Assembly: GCA_964022095.1 (NCBI GenBank) | Contig: CAXHZO010000001.1 | Span: 192,001 to 256,000, forward strand | Direction of reading: 5' to 3' | Length of the DNA stretch: 64,000 nucleotides | DNA from: an uncultured Arcobacteraceae bacterium | GTDB taxonomy: Bacteria > Campylobacterota > Campylobacteria > Campylobacterales > Arcobacteraceae | In this document: positions 21,744 to 32,946 of the stretch, one piece after another | Position numbering within the stretch: the stretch's first letter is position 1 | Layout: each line of letters opens with the position of its first letter | Notes under the pieces: model-generated | What the model was told of the DNA's origin: nothing | Database searches by the model: none | The model's input: only the letters and a program-made list of their open reading frames with translations | Position numbers and translations under genes: made by a program

Positions 21744-22676
21744 TTAAAAGAAGTTCTCTATCATATCTCTCATTACTTGAGGATCAGAAATTCTATTAAT
21801 AATATCTCTAAATTCATTGGCACCAGTGTACCCTTTAGAGTATGAATGTAAAAGCTTTCTAAACATTACTGTACCATGTACACCATGGAATTTTAGTACT
21901 GCATCGTAATGTTCTAAAATTATCTCTTTTTTCTTTTCTTCATCAATATCTTCAACACCATGTTTTAATTGATAAAATACCCATGGCTTTCCAATTGAAC
22001 CTCGTCCAATCATAACTCCATCTGCATTAGTATATTGTAAAACTTGTTTTGCTTTTTCGTAATCTTTAATATCACCATTTGCAATAACAGGAATTGAAAC
22101 TGCTTCTTTCATAGCTTTAATTGCATCATAATCAACTGGTGCTTTATATTTTCCAGCTCTTGTTCTTCCATGCACAGATACAAAATCAACTCCACAAGCT
22201 TCTACTGCTTTGCCAATATCAACAGGGATTTTTTCATTTACACCTAATCTTACTTTTGCACTTGTGTATTGCTTTTTAGAATACTTTTTAACTGTAGATA
22301 AAATCTCTTCTAATTTGTCTAGATCACCTAAAAGGTTTGAACCTGAACCATGATTAAAAACTTTTGGTGCTGGACACCCACAGTTTAAATCAATTCCATC
22401 AATACCTTCAACATCATTTAAAATTTCAACAGCTTCTCTTACAAGTTCAGGTTTATTTCCTGCAATTTGTACAAAATAAGGGTCTTCACTAGGTGATTTT
22501 TCTATCATTTTTAAAGTTTTTGCTGATTTGTAAACTAATGCATTTGAAGATATCATTTCTGATATTGTTAAATCTGCACCAAACTTCTTTACTACAGATC
22601 TAAAGGGTAAGTCAGTGTACCCAGCAAGTGGAGCAAGCACAATAAGTGGCTTGCTAAAATCTAATTTTTTATTCAT
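21744..22676 (-). CDS. dusB: tRNA-dihydrouridine synthase
   Basis: LAPLAGYTD, DLNCGCP, VHGRT, ANGDI, GVMIGRG. Confidence 0.93.
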   Translation of the reverse strand: MNKKLDFSKPLIVLAPLAGYTDLPFRSVVKKFGADLTISEMISSNALVYKSAKTLKMIEKSPSEDPYFVQIAGNKPELVREAVEILNDVEGIDGIDLNCGCPAPKVFNHGSGSNLLGDLDKLEEILSTVKKYSKKQYTSAKVRLGVNEKIPVDIGKAVEACGVDFVSVHGRTRAGKYKAPVDYDAIKAMKEAVSIPVIANGDIKDYEKAKQVLQYTNADGVMIGRGSIGKPWVFYQLKHGVEDIDEEKKKEIILEHYDAVLKFHGVHGTVMFRKLLHSYSKGYTGANEFRDIINRISDPQVMRDMIENFF

Positions 22677-23689
22677 TATTTGTAAGAAATTGCCTCTAAA
22701 TTATATTGTTTACCTGCTTCTTTTAAATCAAGTAATGCTTTAAATGCAGTAAACTCTTCTTCCCTAGTTCCAGAGATAACTTCTCTTACTTTTTCAATCA
22801 TTTCATATTCACATAAAACATGTAAGTATGCTGGAGTTGCATCTTCTAATTCATTTGATAGTTTTTCAAATAAAGAGATGATTTGATCAGGTTGTAAAAT
22901 TGTTTCATAATTTTTTGCTAAAGCAATATAATCTTCAGTTTTATAATCTAACTCTTTTACTATTTTTAAAATCTCTTCAGTTGTAAATCCAAACTCATTA
23001 TTAGCTGCATCTTTTTCAAAAAGTTTTTTAGCTAATTGTTTATCTAGTTTAATATTTTTGTAAAGTTTTTTTACTGTTGTCATTGTTTTTTCATTTAAAA
23101 CTTTATCAAAAGCATGTCTTGCAACATTATTTGGATAGTTTTCACTTTTCTTAACAACATCTACTGCAAAGTCAACTTGTTCATTAATTTTATTTAATAA
23201 ATTAAGATTAGCAAACTCTGATGTTTCACTTAGTTTTAATGTTTTATCATTAACAAATTTACCATTTCTAATATCTTGGATATATGCAACAATCTTATTT
23301 AAATCTTCATCTGTAGAAGAGAATGTTTCATCTTTTACTGTAAAGTTAAATTGAGAAAGAATCTTTGAAAGACTTTTAAAACCTTGAGTTTTAAATTTCT
23401 TGTTGTTATTTTTACCTAATAAATTTGACTTTAATAAGTTAATCATAGTTTCATGATCTTTTCTAACTGCTCTTGATTTAAATATATTTATTAAACCATA
23501 AAAAACTATATGCCCTATAGTTGCAATAAATAAAAATGCTAATGGTAATATTAACCATACTGCAACTGGTAAGTTAACAGAAATATCTAAAACTGTAATT
23601 TTGTAATGACCTAGTTCTAAACTAAATGCATAACCATAAACAGCTACAATGAAAATTATTGAAAAAACAACATATTTTTTAAAACCCAT
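22676..23689 (-). CDS. Conserved Campylobacterota membrane-anchored hypothetical protein (LapA-like N-terminus)
   Basis: Two N-terminal TMs (LPVAVW..LP) then a helical domain; lies between dksA and dusB. Confidence 0.7.
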   Translation of the reverse strand: MGFKKYVVFSIIFIVAVYGYAFSLELGHYKITVLDISVNLPVAVWLILPLAFLFIATIGHIVFYGLINIFKSRAVRKDHETMINLLKSNLLGKNNNKKFKTQGFKSLSKILSQFNFTVKDETFSSTDEDLNKIVAYIQDIRNGKFVNDKTLKLSETSEFANLNLLNKINEQVDFAVDVVKKSENYPNNVARHAFDKVLNEKTMTTVKKLYKNIKLDKQLAKKLFEKDAANNEFGFTTEEILKIVKELDYKTEDYIALAKNYETILQPDQIISLFEKLSNELEDATPAYLHVLCEYEMIEKVREVISGTREEEFTAFKALLDLKEAGKQYNLEAISYK

Positions 23690-23713
23690 AATTAAAATCC
23701 TCTCTTTATTCTA

Positions 23714-24067
23714 CTACTTCTCAACCTCATAAATCTCTCTACATGGTGTACAAAACTTTGCAAAAGGCTTAGCTCTAAGTCTTCCAATTGCAATAGTTTC
23801 ATCACACATATCACAGATTCCGTAAGTACCTTTTTGTATTCTTACTAATGCATCTTCAATTTCACCAAGCTCTTTTATTTGTTGGTTTGCGATAATTCCT
23901 TCTTTGAAACTATCACTTGAAACTTCTGCGTAATCATATTCATCATTACACTCTGAGTTCTTTAAAGAATCAATACTCTCTCTACTTCCCTCGATATTAC
24001 TTGTGATTAACTCTTTTCTCTTTAATAGAATCTCTTTTAATTCATCTATTTGCTTTGAATTTGGCAC
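23714..24067 (-). CDS. dksA: RNA polymerase-binding protein DksA
   Basis: DEYDYA coiled-coil tip, GTYGICDMC..I..GRL.AKP.A..CTPC zinc finger; GTG start. Confidence 0.93.
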   Translation of the reverse strand: MPNSKQIDELKEILLKRKELITSNIEGSRESIDSLKNSECNDEYDYAEVSSDSFKEGIIANQQIKELGEIEDALVRIQKGTYGICDMCDETIAIGRLRAKPFAKFCTPCREIYEVEK

Positions 24068-24117
24068 ATTTTACCCTTATTAAAAAAATTTCGACATTAT
24101 ACAGAAAATATAATAAA

Positions 24118-24576
24118 TTATTTATGATAAGGATGGTTATTTTGTATACTAAGTGCTCTATAGATCTGCTCAGCCAACATTACATTAACTATTTTGTGAG
24201 CCATTGTTAAATCACTTAAAGATATTATACTATCACATTTCTTTAAAAACTCTCTTTGAAAGCCAAAAGCGCCACCAATAAAATAATTTATTTCATTTTT
24301 ACCCTCAATTAGTTTTGAAAAAGCAAAAGTATCTACTCTTTTACCCAAAACATCAAGTGCTATGTTATAACCTTTTAATAATGGTTCATAAGCTTCTGAA
24401 TATGCAATTTGAGACTCTTTTTCACCTATTGTTTGTGCTTTTGAGATAGTTTTATTAAAAATATAGTGTATTTCTATTTTTGCATATTTTGATGACATTT
24501 TTAAAAATTCTTTAATAATAGAGTCAAATTCATCTTTTGATGGTTTTAAAATAGTATAAATATTAATCTTAATCAT
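24118..24576 (-). CDS. rlmH: 23S rRNA m3Psi1915 methyltransferase
   Basis: ALD..GK, FIGGAFGF, SLS.LT.AH, EQIYRA, HPYHK. Confidence 0.95.
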   Translation of the reverse strand: MIKINIYTILKPSKDEFDSIIKEFLKMSSKYAKIEIHYIFNKTISKAQTIGEKESQIAYSEAYEPLLKGYNIALDVLGKRVDTFAFSKLIEGKNEINYFIGGAFGFQREFLKKCDSIISLSDLTMAHKIVNVMLAEQIYRALSIQNNHPYHK

Positions 24577-25174
24577 AAAAAGCACTTCCTACAACATTAA
24601 ATTTAATATTTTCAATGTCATCACTTGCTTTAACTCCACCAATTGCACAAACAGGGTGTTTAGAGATTTTTGCTAAATAACTTATTTTATCACCTAATAT
24701 AGTTGATACATCTTTTGTATTAGTAGTTTTATAAGCACCAAGACCGATCATATCTAAAGGCAAAGTATTTGCTTCTAAAATCTCTTTTTCATTATGTGTC
24801 GATAGACCTAAAAGTTTATCTTTTATCTTTATTCTAATTAATTTTATTGCTAATTTTTTATCTTTGTGTATTTTTTCAAAATCTTCTTGACCTAAATGCA
24901 AGCCATCTGCATACTGTATTAATTCAATTTTATCATTTATAATAATTGGTATATTTAAACTATTTTTTAAATATAAAAGATTGTTTTTTTGCTCATCAAT
25001 AGAAGATATTTTATCTCTATATTGAACTAACTTTACATCTTTTTCATGACATAATTGAACAAATTTTTCTAATGTTATTGATTTTTTTTGCAGTGTTTCA
25101 TAGTCACATAAAACATACAAGTAATTAAAAGCCTTAAGTTCGAAACCTAAGGCTTTTTCAAAGTTTGTTAACAT
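24569..25174 (-). CDS. thiE: Thiamine-phosphate synthase family protein
   Basis: VQYRDK, IIND, DGLHLGQED, GLSTHN, TNTK, AIGG. Confidence 0.88.
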   Translation of the reverse strand: MLTNFEKALGFELKAFNYLYVLCDYETLQKKSITLEKFVQLCHEKDVKLVQYRDKISSIDEQKNNLLYLKNSLNIPIIINDKIELIQYADGLHLGQEDFEKIHKDKKLAIKLIRIKIKDKLLGLSTHNEKEILEANTLPLDMIGLGAYKTTNTKDVSTILGDKISYLAKISKHPVCAIGGVKASDDIENIKFNVVGSAFYD

Positions 25175-25178
25175 TTTT

Positions 25179-26048
25179 TTAGTTAGCTACTTTTTCTTTT
25201 GAGAACATTTTTAAAAGATCAGATAAAGTCTTTTTCATATCACTTCTATTAACAACCATATCAATAGAACCTTTTTCAAGTAAGAATTCAGCTCTTTGGA
25301 ATCCTTCAGGTAAATCTGCACCAATAGTTTGTTTAATAACTCTTTGCCCAGCAAATCCTATTAAAGCACCTGGTTCTGCCATGATAATATCACCTAAGAA
25401 TGCAAATGAAGCAGAAACTCCACCCATTGTAGGATCAGTTAAAATTGAAATATATGGAAGCTTAGCATGGTCTAATCTTTTTAATGCAGCTGAAGTCTTT
25501 GCCATTTGCATTAATGCAAAAGTTGACTCTTGCATTCTAGCCCCACCAGAAGCTGAAACAATTATTAAACCTTGATGTTTTTCAATTGCTCTATTTACAG
25601 CTCTTACAATTTTTTCACCTTCAACAGAACCTAAAGATCCTCCCATAAATGAGAAATCAAATACAGCAAGTTGTACACCAGCACCATTAATAGTAGCTTC
25701 ACCACTAAGAACAGATGATGTTCTTCCTGTTTTCTTTTCTGCTTCTTGAACTCTTTTTTTATAAGACATTTTATCTACAAATTTTAAAGGATCGTTTGGC
25801 TTTAAATCAGCATCGTATTCAACAAAACTTCCCTCATCAGTTATAATCTCAATTCTTCTTTTTGCCCCAATTCTCATATGAAAATTACATTTTGGACAAA
25901 TGTTATTTTGATTTTCTACCTCTTTAAAAAACATCAAAGCACTACACTCTGGACATTTAATCCAATGTGTAGGTGCATCTTTTTTTGTTGGCTGCTCTTT
26001 TGAACTACTTTCAAAAGAAATCTTACTAAATAGGTTTTTTAAATCCAT
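25179..26048 (-). CDS. accD: Acetyl-CoA carboxylase carboxyltransferase beta subunit
   Basis: WIKCPEC..CPKC zinc finger, FMGGSLGSVEGEK, SGGARMQE, GFAGQRVI. Confidence 0.98.
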   Translation of the reverse strand: MDLKNLFSKISFESSSKEQPTKKDAPTHWIKCPECSALMFFKEVENQNNICPKCNFHMRIGAKRRIEIITDEGSFVEYDADLKPNDPLKFVDKMSYKKRVQEAEKKTGRTSSVLSGEATINGAGVQLAVFDFSFMGGSLGSVEGEKIVRAVNRAIEKHQGLIIVSASGGARMQESTFALMQMAKTSAALKRLDHAKLPYISILTDPTMGGVSASFAFLGDIIMAEPGALIGFAGQRVIKQTIGADLPEGFQRAEFLLEKGSIDMVVNRSDMKKTLSDLLKMFSKEKVAN

Positions 26049-26066
26049 ATCAATCCTTTAATCTAA

Positions 26067-27275
26067 TTAAATATTCTCAAATTTTTCTAATTCATTAAGT
26101 TTTTCCCAAGGATAATCACCTTGTCCAACTTGTCCTCTTGCAGCAACATCTGCATAAAGGAATGTATCTTTACTTGGCTTATCTAAACCAAATTTTTCAG
26201 TAATCCATCTTGGTGTTAATGGGAAAGTACTCATTACAAACTCTGATAATTTATCATCATCAAATTTTGTATAAGTTCCCATTGTATCTACTGCAATAGA
26301 AGTTGGTTTTGCAACACCAATTGCATATGAAATCTGAACAATTGCTTTTTTTGCAAGTCCAGATGCAACGATATGTTTTGCAATCCAACGAGCAGCATAT
26401 AATCCACTTCTATCAACTTTTGTATAATCTTTTGAACTTTGAGCTCCACCACCAATTGGTGCATACCCTCCAAAAGAATCAACAATAAGTTTTCTTCCCG
26501 TTAAACCACTATCAAATAGTGAAGAGTGACTAACATATTTTCCTGTTGGATTAATATGTATAATTGTATCATTTTTATCATATAAGTTTGCAGGTAAGCC
26601 TGTATCATCAATTAATGTTTGAATTAATGCTCTTACTTCTTCAATTGGCATTCCCTCTTTTGAAGGTGCACTAACAACTATTGTATGAATTTTTTGAGGT
26701 TTACAGTTTTCAAAGTTTTCTTTTGAACCATAATCTAAAGTTACCTGAGTTTTAATATCAACTCCTAAAGTATCTTTATGAGCTAAGGCATAATTGTAAA
26801 CTTTGTCACTTAACATTCTTGCATAAGTAATAGCAGCTGGCATATACTCATCTGCTTCTATTGAAGCAAATCCGAACATAATACCTTGATCTCCAGCTCC
26901 AATTTCTCCAGTTTCTTGATCTACACCTTGTGAAATATCAGGAGATTGTTGGTTTAATAAAACTTTTACATCTACGTCTTCTGGATATAAACACTGCTCT
27001 TTAGTAAATGCAGATTTTCCATCATAACCAATTTTAATAAGTGCATCTTTTACAAGATCTTCATATTCAGCGTCACTTAAATGACATTTTGACTTCACTT
27101 CCCCACCAATAACAACATGCTTTCCTGCTACAAATACTTCTGAAGCAACTCTTGAGTTTTTATCTTCAATAATTAATTTATCTACAATTGAGTCAGCAAT
27201 TATATCAGCACATTTATCAGGGTGTCCGGGGCTCACAACTTCGCTTGTGAACAAATAGTGTGTATTGTTTTCCAT
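26067..27275 (-). CDS. metK: S-adenosylmethionine synthetase
   Basis: FTSEVVSPGHPDK, QQSPDI, GAGDQG, DSGLTGRK, GGGA.S.KD.TKVDRS; start placed at MENNTHYLF. Confidence 0.97.
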   Translation of the reverse strand: MENNTHYLFTSEVVSPGHPDKCADIIADSIVDKLIIEDKNSRVASEVFVAGKHVVIGGEVKSKCHLSDAEYEDLVKDALIKIGYDGKSAFTKEQCLYPEDVDVKVLLNQQSPDISQGVDQETGEIGAGDQGIMFGFASIEADEYMPAAITYARMLSDKVYNYALAHKDTLGVDIKTQVTLDYGSKENFENCKPQKIHTIVVSAPSKEGMPIEEVRALIQTLIDDTGLPANLYDKNDTIIHINPTGKYVSHSSLFDSGLTGRKLIVDSFGGYAPIGGGAQSSKDYTKVDRSGLYAARWIAKHIVASGLAKKAIVQISYAIGVAKPTSIAVDTMGTYTKFDDDKLSEFVMSTFPLTPRWITEKFGLDKPSKDTFLYADVAARGQVGQGDYPWEKLNELEKFENI

Positions 27276-27355
27276 TTTTGTTTTCCATCCTTTTGTTTTC
27301 CAGAAGCCTAAGCTCCGTTGTTTTCCATTCTTTTGTTTTCCATTTTTGTTTTCCA
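27265..27355 (-). repeat. Six direct repeats of TGGAAAACAA in the metK leader, with a central hairpin
   Basis: Minus strand reads three repeats, GGAGC-TTAG-GCTTC, then three repeats; the last repeat overlaps the metK ATG. Confidence 0.9.
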
Positions 27356-27479
27356 ACTAATAATAATTTATATAAGTTAAAAAATAAAATAAAATTTAAA
27401 AGTATGAACTTTAATACTCTTTATACGTATTTATAAAAAGTATTGGATTATATCCAAAACTTTTTAAAATAAATTAATT

Positions 27480-29285
27480 TTATTCTACTGTTACTGATTT
27501 TGCTAGGTTTCTTGGCATATCTACATCATTACCAAGTCTAATAGAAATTTCCATTGAAAGAAGTTGAAGAGCAACTAGCATTTCGAAAAACTCTAACATA
27601 TAGTGATCTGTTTTAGCAGTTTTTATAAAGTCATCTGCAAGTTCAAAATCTAGTGGTGAAATTGCACATATAGTACTATCTCTTGCGCTTAACTCTTCCA
27701 CATTTGATTTAATTTTATCATATAATAAATTTTGAGGCATAAGTGCAATTGTAAATAACTCAGGATCTGCAAGTGCAATTGGTCCATGTTTCATCTCACC
27801 TGCTGGGTAACCTTCTGCGTGTAAGTATGAAATCTCTTTTAATTTTAAAGCACCTTCAAGTGCCAGTGGGAAAAATACATCACGTCCTATGAAGAAAAAT
27901 CCATGTCCATGAAGATATCTTTTTGATAATCTTCTTGTTTTTTCATGAATTTTATCATTTACTACAAGTGATTTTGGAACTTCTCTTAAAGCATGTAACT
28001 CTTCTTGCATTTTCTCTTTTGTAATTACATTTTTAGTTTTTGCAAAACTTAATGCTAACATCCATAAAACAACTGTTTGAGTTGAAAATGCTTTTGTTGA
28101 AGCAACACCTTTTTCAATTCCTGCTCTTGTTAAAATTGTAGCATCAGCAGTTCTAGTCATAGATGAGTTATCAACATTACAAATAACTAATGTTTTTAAT
28201 CCTGCATTTTTTGCCATTTTTAATGCTTCTAAAGTATCAGCTGTTTCACCACTTTGAGAAATAACTACAAATAGCGTATCTTTTGTAAGTAATGGTTCTT
28301 TATATCTAAACTCACTTGCAATTTCAATATTACATTTAACTTTTGAAAGTCTTTCAAATAAATATGAAGCTGTTAATCCTGCATGATAAGAAGTACCACA
28401 AGCACAAATTTTAATTTCATTTATTCCTTCAATTAAAGAAGAATCAATTTCATCAAAATTTATTTCATCATCAGCAATTCTTCCAAGCATACAATCACTT
28501 ACTACATTACTTTGCTCATAAATCTCTTTTTCCATAAAGAATCTAAATCCATCTTTTTGGGCAAATTGTTTAGAATTAGGTAAAGTACTCCATGAGTAAT
28601 CATCACTGAAAAACTCAATTGAATCAGCACTTGCAATTCCTCCAACTCCATCTTCTAAATATACTACCTCATTTCCAAGTCCTATTAAAGGAGCATCAGA
28701 AGATGCAAATAATACTTCATCTTTTTCATTTCCTTTAGCAATAATTAGTGGACTTCCATGTTTAAAGAAAAATACTTTTGTAGGGTCTGCTTTTGTAATA
28801 AGTAAAATCGAAAAAGCACCTTCTAAACTCTCAATAGTTTTTTTGAATGCAGCTGTTGTGTCATTTAATTTATTGTAAAAGTTTTCAAATAAGTGAACAA
28901 TTACTTCTGTATCTGTTTGAGATACAAATTTATGTCCTTTTGAACTTAAATCATCTTTTAACTCTTTATAATTTTCAATAATACCATTATGAACTACATA
29001 TGAATATTCACCTAAGTGAGGATGTGCATTTAATTCTGTTGGCTTACCATGAGTTGCCCATCGTGTATGACCAATACCAATTTCATATTCGTCTTTTGAA
29101 ACACTATCATTAACTTTTTCTTCAAGATTTACCAATTTTCCAAGAGCTTTAAATACATCGATTTTTTCATCTTTTAATACAGCAATCCCTGCACTATCAT
29201 AACCTCTATATTCTAACTCTTTTAATCCATCTAGTAATATCTTAGTAGTCTGTTTTTTACCAATATAGCCAACTATTCCACACAT
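27480..29285 (-). CDS. glmS: Glutamine-fructose-6-phosphate aminotransferase
   Basis: MCGIVG, LEYRGYDSAG, GHTRWATHG, SQSGETADT, EGALKLKE, PRNLAKSVTVE. Confidence 0.99.
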   Translation of the reverse strand: MCGIVGYIGKKQTTKILLDGLKELEYRGYDSAGIAVLKDEKIDVFKALGKLVNLEEKVNDSVSKDEYEIGIGHTRWATHGKPTELNAHPHLGEYSYVVHNGIIENYKELKDDLSSKGHKFVSQTDTEVIVHLFENFYNKLNDTTAAFKKTIESLEGAFSILLITKADPTKVFFFKHGSPLIIAKGNEKDEVLFASSDAPLIGLGNEVVYLEDGVGGIASADSIEFFSDDYSWSTLPNSKQFAQKDGFRFFMEKEIYEQSNVVSDCMLGRIADDEINFDEIDSSLIEGINEIKICACGTSYHAGLTASYLFERLSKVKCNIEIASEFRYKEPLLTKDTLFVVISQSGETADTLEALKMAKNAGLKTLVICNVDNSSMTRTADATILTRAGIEKGVASTKAFSTQTVVLWMLALSFAKTKNVITKEKMQEELHALREVPKSLVVNDKIHEKTRRLSKRYLHGHGFFFIGRDVFFPLALEGALKLKEISYLHAEGYPAGEMKHGPIALADPELFTIALMPQNLLYDKIKSNVEELSARDSTICAISPLDFELADDFIKTAKTDHYMLEFFEMLVALQLLSMEISIRLGNDVDMPRNLAKSVTVE

Positions 29286-29353
29286 ACACGTCCTTTTTTG
29301 TAGTTCTTTTTACAGAAAAAATTATATTTAATTATTACTAAATAACTGCTTTT

Positions 29354-30124
29354 CTAATTTAATAACTTAATTAATCTTTCGTGAATATAGGTATTTGTTG
29401 CAACTATATATTTGTCTTCAAAAAGCTTATAATCACTTCCATCTAAAGTCGTAACTTTACCACCTGCTTCACTTAAAATTATAATACCAGCACTCACATC
29501 CCAAGCTTTTAAGTTCATTTCATAATAACCTTCATATGTCCCTCGTGCTACTAAACATAAATCAATTGCTGCACTTCCAAGTCTTCTAATATCTTGGCAC
29601 TTTGGTAAGATTATTTTGATTTTTTCGATTACATCATTTAAATCATCTTTATTTGTTCCATTTGAATATGGAAATCCTGTAGCCATAAGTGCCTTTTGGA
29701 AATCACTTTCATTAGATACTTTTATTTGTTTTCCATTTAAATATGCACCTTGACCTATTTGAGCTTCATACATTTCATCTAAAATAGGATTATAAACTAT
29801 TCCTATAAATGGTTTTTTATCTTTATAAACTCCAACAGAAATAGCTGTATGAGGAACACCATTTACAAAATTTGTTGTTCCATCAATTGGATCAATTATA
29901 ATTGAGTCTTTAAATTCACAATTTGAATTATCTGATTCTTCAGCAATTAAATTAAAATCTTTAAACTCTTTTGCAAACTTCTCTTTTAAAAAGTCCTCAA
30001 CTGCTACATCATATTTAGTTACTAAATCTTTTTTAGCTTTAAAAGTTACATCCTTATTTGAGTAATAACCTTCATATAATATTTTTCCCGCTTCTTTTAT
30101 AATTTCTTTTAGTTTTTCTTTCAT
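29354..30124 (-). CDS. suhB: Inositol monophosphatase family protein
   Basis: DLVT..D, AEE, IIDPIDGTTNF, RRLGSAA, WDVSAG. Confidence 0.92.
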   Translation of the reverse strand: MKEKLKEIIKEAGKILYEGYYSNKDVTFKAKKDLVTKYDVAVEDFLKEKFAKEFKDFNLIAEESDNSNCEFKDSIIIDPIDGTTNFVNGVPHTAISVGVYKDKKPFIGIVYNPILDEMYEAQIGQGAYLNGKQIKVSNESDFQKALMATGFPYSNGTNKDDLNDVIEKIKIILPKCQDIRRLGSAAIDLCLVARGTYEGYYEMNLKAWDVSAGIIILSEAGGKVTTLDGSDYKLFEDKYIVATNTYIHERLIKLLN

Positions 30125-30168
30125 ATTCACACTTTTTGTTTTTTTGTATTCTATCAAATGATGATTAC

Positions 30169-30478
30169 ACTTTAGTTAAAAATGAAATTCAATATACTTC
30201 TAATAACAGTCAAATAATAGTAAAAAGTAATAAAAACACTAGTTTTTATGAAATTTCAGTACAAGATTTTGGAATTGGCATAGAAAAAAACCATCAAAAA
30301 AAGATTTTTGAAAAATTTTATAGAACAGATAAAAGTAGAAACAAAAATTCAGGTGGGTACAGGTCTTGGAATGTCCATCGTTAAGAAGATTGTAGATATT
30401 CACAAGGGTAAAATTAATATAGATAGCCAAGAGGATATTGGTACTAAAATCACATTGTCTTTTCCTCTACAGAAATAA
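30169..30478 (+). pseudogene. Frameshifted remnant of a sensor histidine kinase HATPase domain
   Basis: LVKNEIQYT..VQDFGIGI..IFEKFYRTDKSR..SGG in one frame continues as GTGLGMSIVKKIVDIHKGKI..GTKITLSFP* in another (shift near 30355); no H-box or plausible start. Confidence 0.85.
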
Positions 30479-30515
30479 TTTTTATACAGTTTCAGTTTCT
30501 TTTAATTTAAAATGA

Positions 30516-30524
30516 TGTTATAAT
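30516..30524 (+). promoter_or_regulatory. Extended -10 promoter (TGnTATAAT)
   Basis: TGTTATAAT with an AT-rich upstream tract; predicted TSS ~30531. Confidence 0.7.
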
Positions 30525-30530
30525 TACATT

Positions 30531-30699
30531 ATCCAAACAATACGGAGGTGTAAATGACGAAGGATTCACATTTTTAGCATTGTTCAACACTAATAGAATA
30601 TTCAATTTGCTTACGAGTAAATTATATAGATAAGTGGAATTATTTATAAAAATAATTTTAAACAGGAGAAGATTTGACGGAATCTTTTCCTTTTTTTTT
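30531..30699 (+). ncRNA. Candidate ~170-nt structured sRNA with five GGA motifs
   Basis: Bounded by a promoter and a terminator; hairpins at 30604-30623 (UACG loop) and 30625-30648 (GUGGAA loop); only a 7-codon ORF inside. Confidence 0.55.
30664..30699 (+). terminator. Intrinsic terminator
   Basis: AGGAGAAGATT-tgacgg-AATCTTTTCCT 11-bp stem followed by a T8 tract. Confidence 0.85.
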
Positions 30700-30782
30700 G
30701 CCTAATTTTTTCTAAGATTTAAATTTCACTTTTTTTCCAAGCTACTATCTTATACTTCTATTATCTTAAAAAAAGGATAAGA

Positions 30783-30920
30783 ATGAAAAGATTTATTGCA
30801 ATTTTAGTATTAACATTAGAATTAGCATCAAGTGCATTTGGTCATCATATGTCTGTGTATGATGATGCTGGAATCAATATTCCAGACTTATCTACACATT
30901 TATTGATAGAATTCTTTTAA
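30783..30920 (+). CDS. Small secreted peptide, 45 aa (below ORF-track cutoff)
   Basis: AAAAGGA SD; MKRFIAILVLTLELASSAFG|HHMSVYDDAGINIPDLSTHLLIEFF*; TATACT -10 at 30751-30756; followed by a terminator. Confidence 0.7.
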   Translation: MKRFIAILVLTLELASSAFGHHMSVYDDAGINIPDLSTHLLIEFF

Positions 30921-30931
30921 TAGTAGATAAT

Positions 30932-30967
30932 AAAAAAGGGGAAGTTATTATAACTTCCCCTTTTTTT
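30932..30967. terminator. Bidirectional intrinsic terminator (groEL / small peptide)
   Basis: AAAAAAGGGGAAGTTA-tta-TAACTTCCCCTTTTTTT. Confidence 0.92.
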
Positions 30968-30994
30968 AATAATTGTATTAATGTAATTATAAAA

Positions 30995-32894
<1,900 letters not shown>

Positions 32895-32946
32895 TATACT
32901 TCCTTTTTTTGTTTATAATTTATATATTCTAATTAAACTTAGAAAC

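Noticed and set aside
27265-27355. metK leader repeats as a CRISPR array or known SAM riboswitch
   Set aside because: Repeats are 10 nt with 3-15 nt spacers and no cas genes are present; no SAM-I/II/III consensus was recognisable.
27276-27356. 27-aa N-terminal extension of MetK from the TTG at 27356 (ORF track)
   Set aside because: It is the translated repeat array (NGKQKNGKQ..WKTK..WKTK), has no clear SD, and MetK homology starts at MENNTHYLFTSE.
29286-29353. glmS ribozyme upstream of glmS
   Set aside because: Only 68 AT-rich nt are available and none of the conserved ribozyme core is present.
30136-30430. ORFs 30136-30384 (+) and 30239-30430 (-) as intact genes
   Set aside because: The first is one frame of the kinase pseudogene; the second is its antisense shadow.
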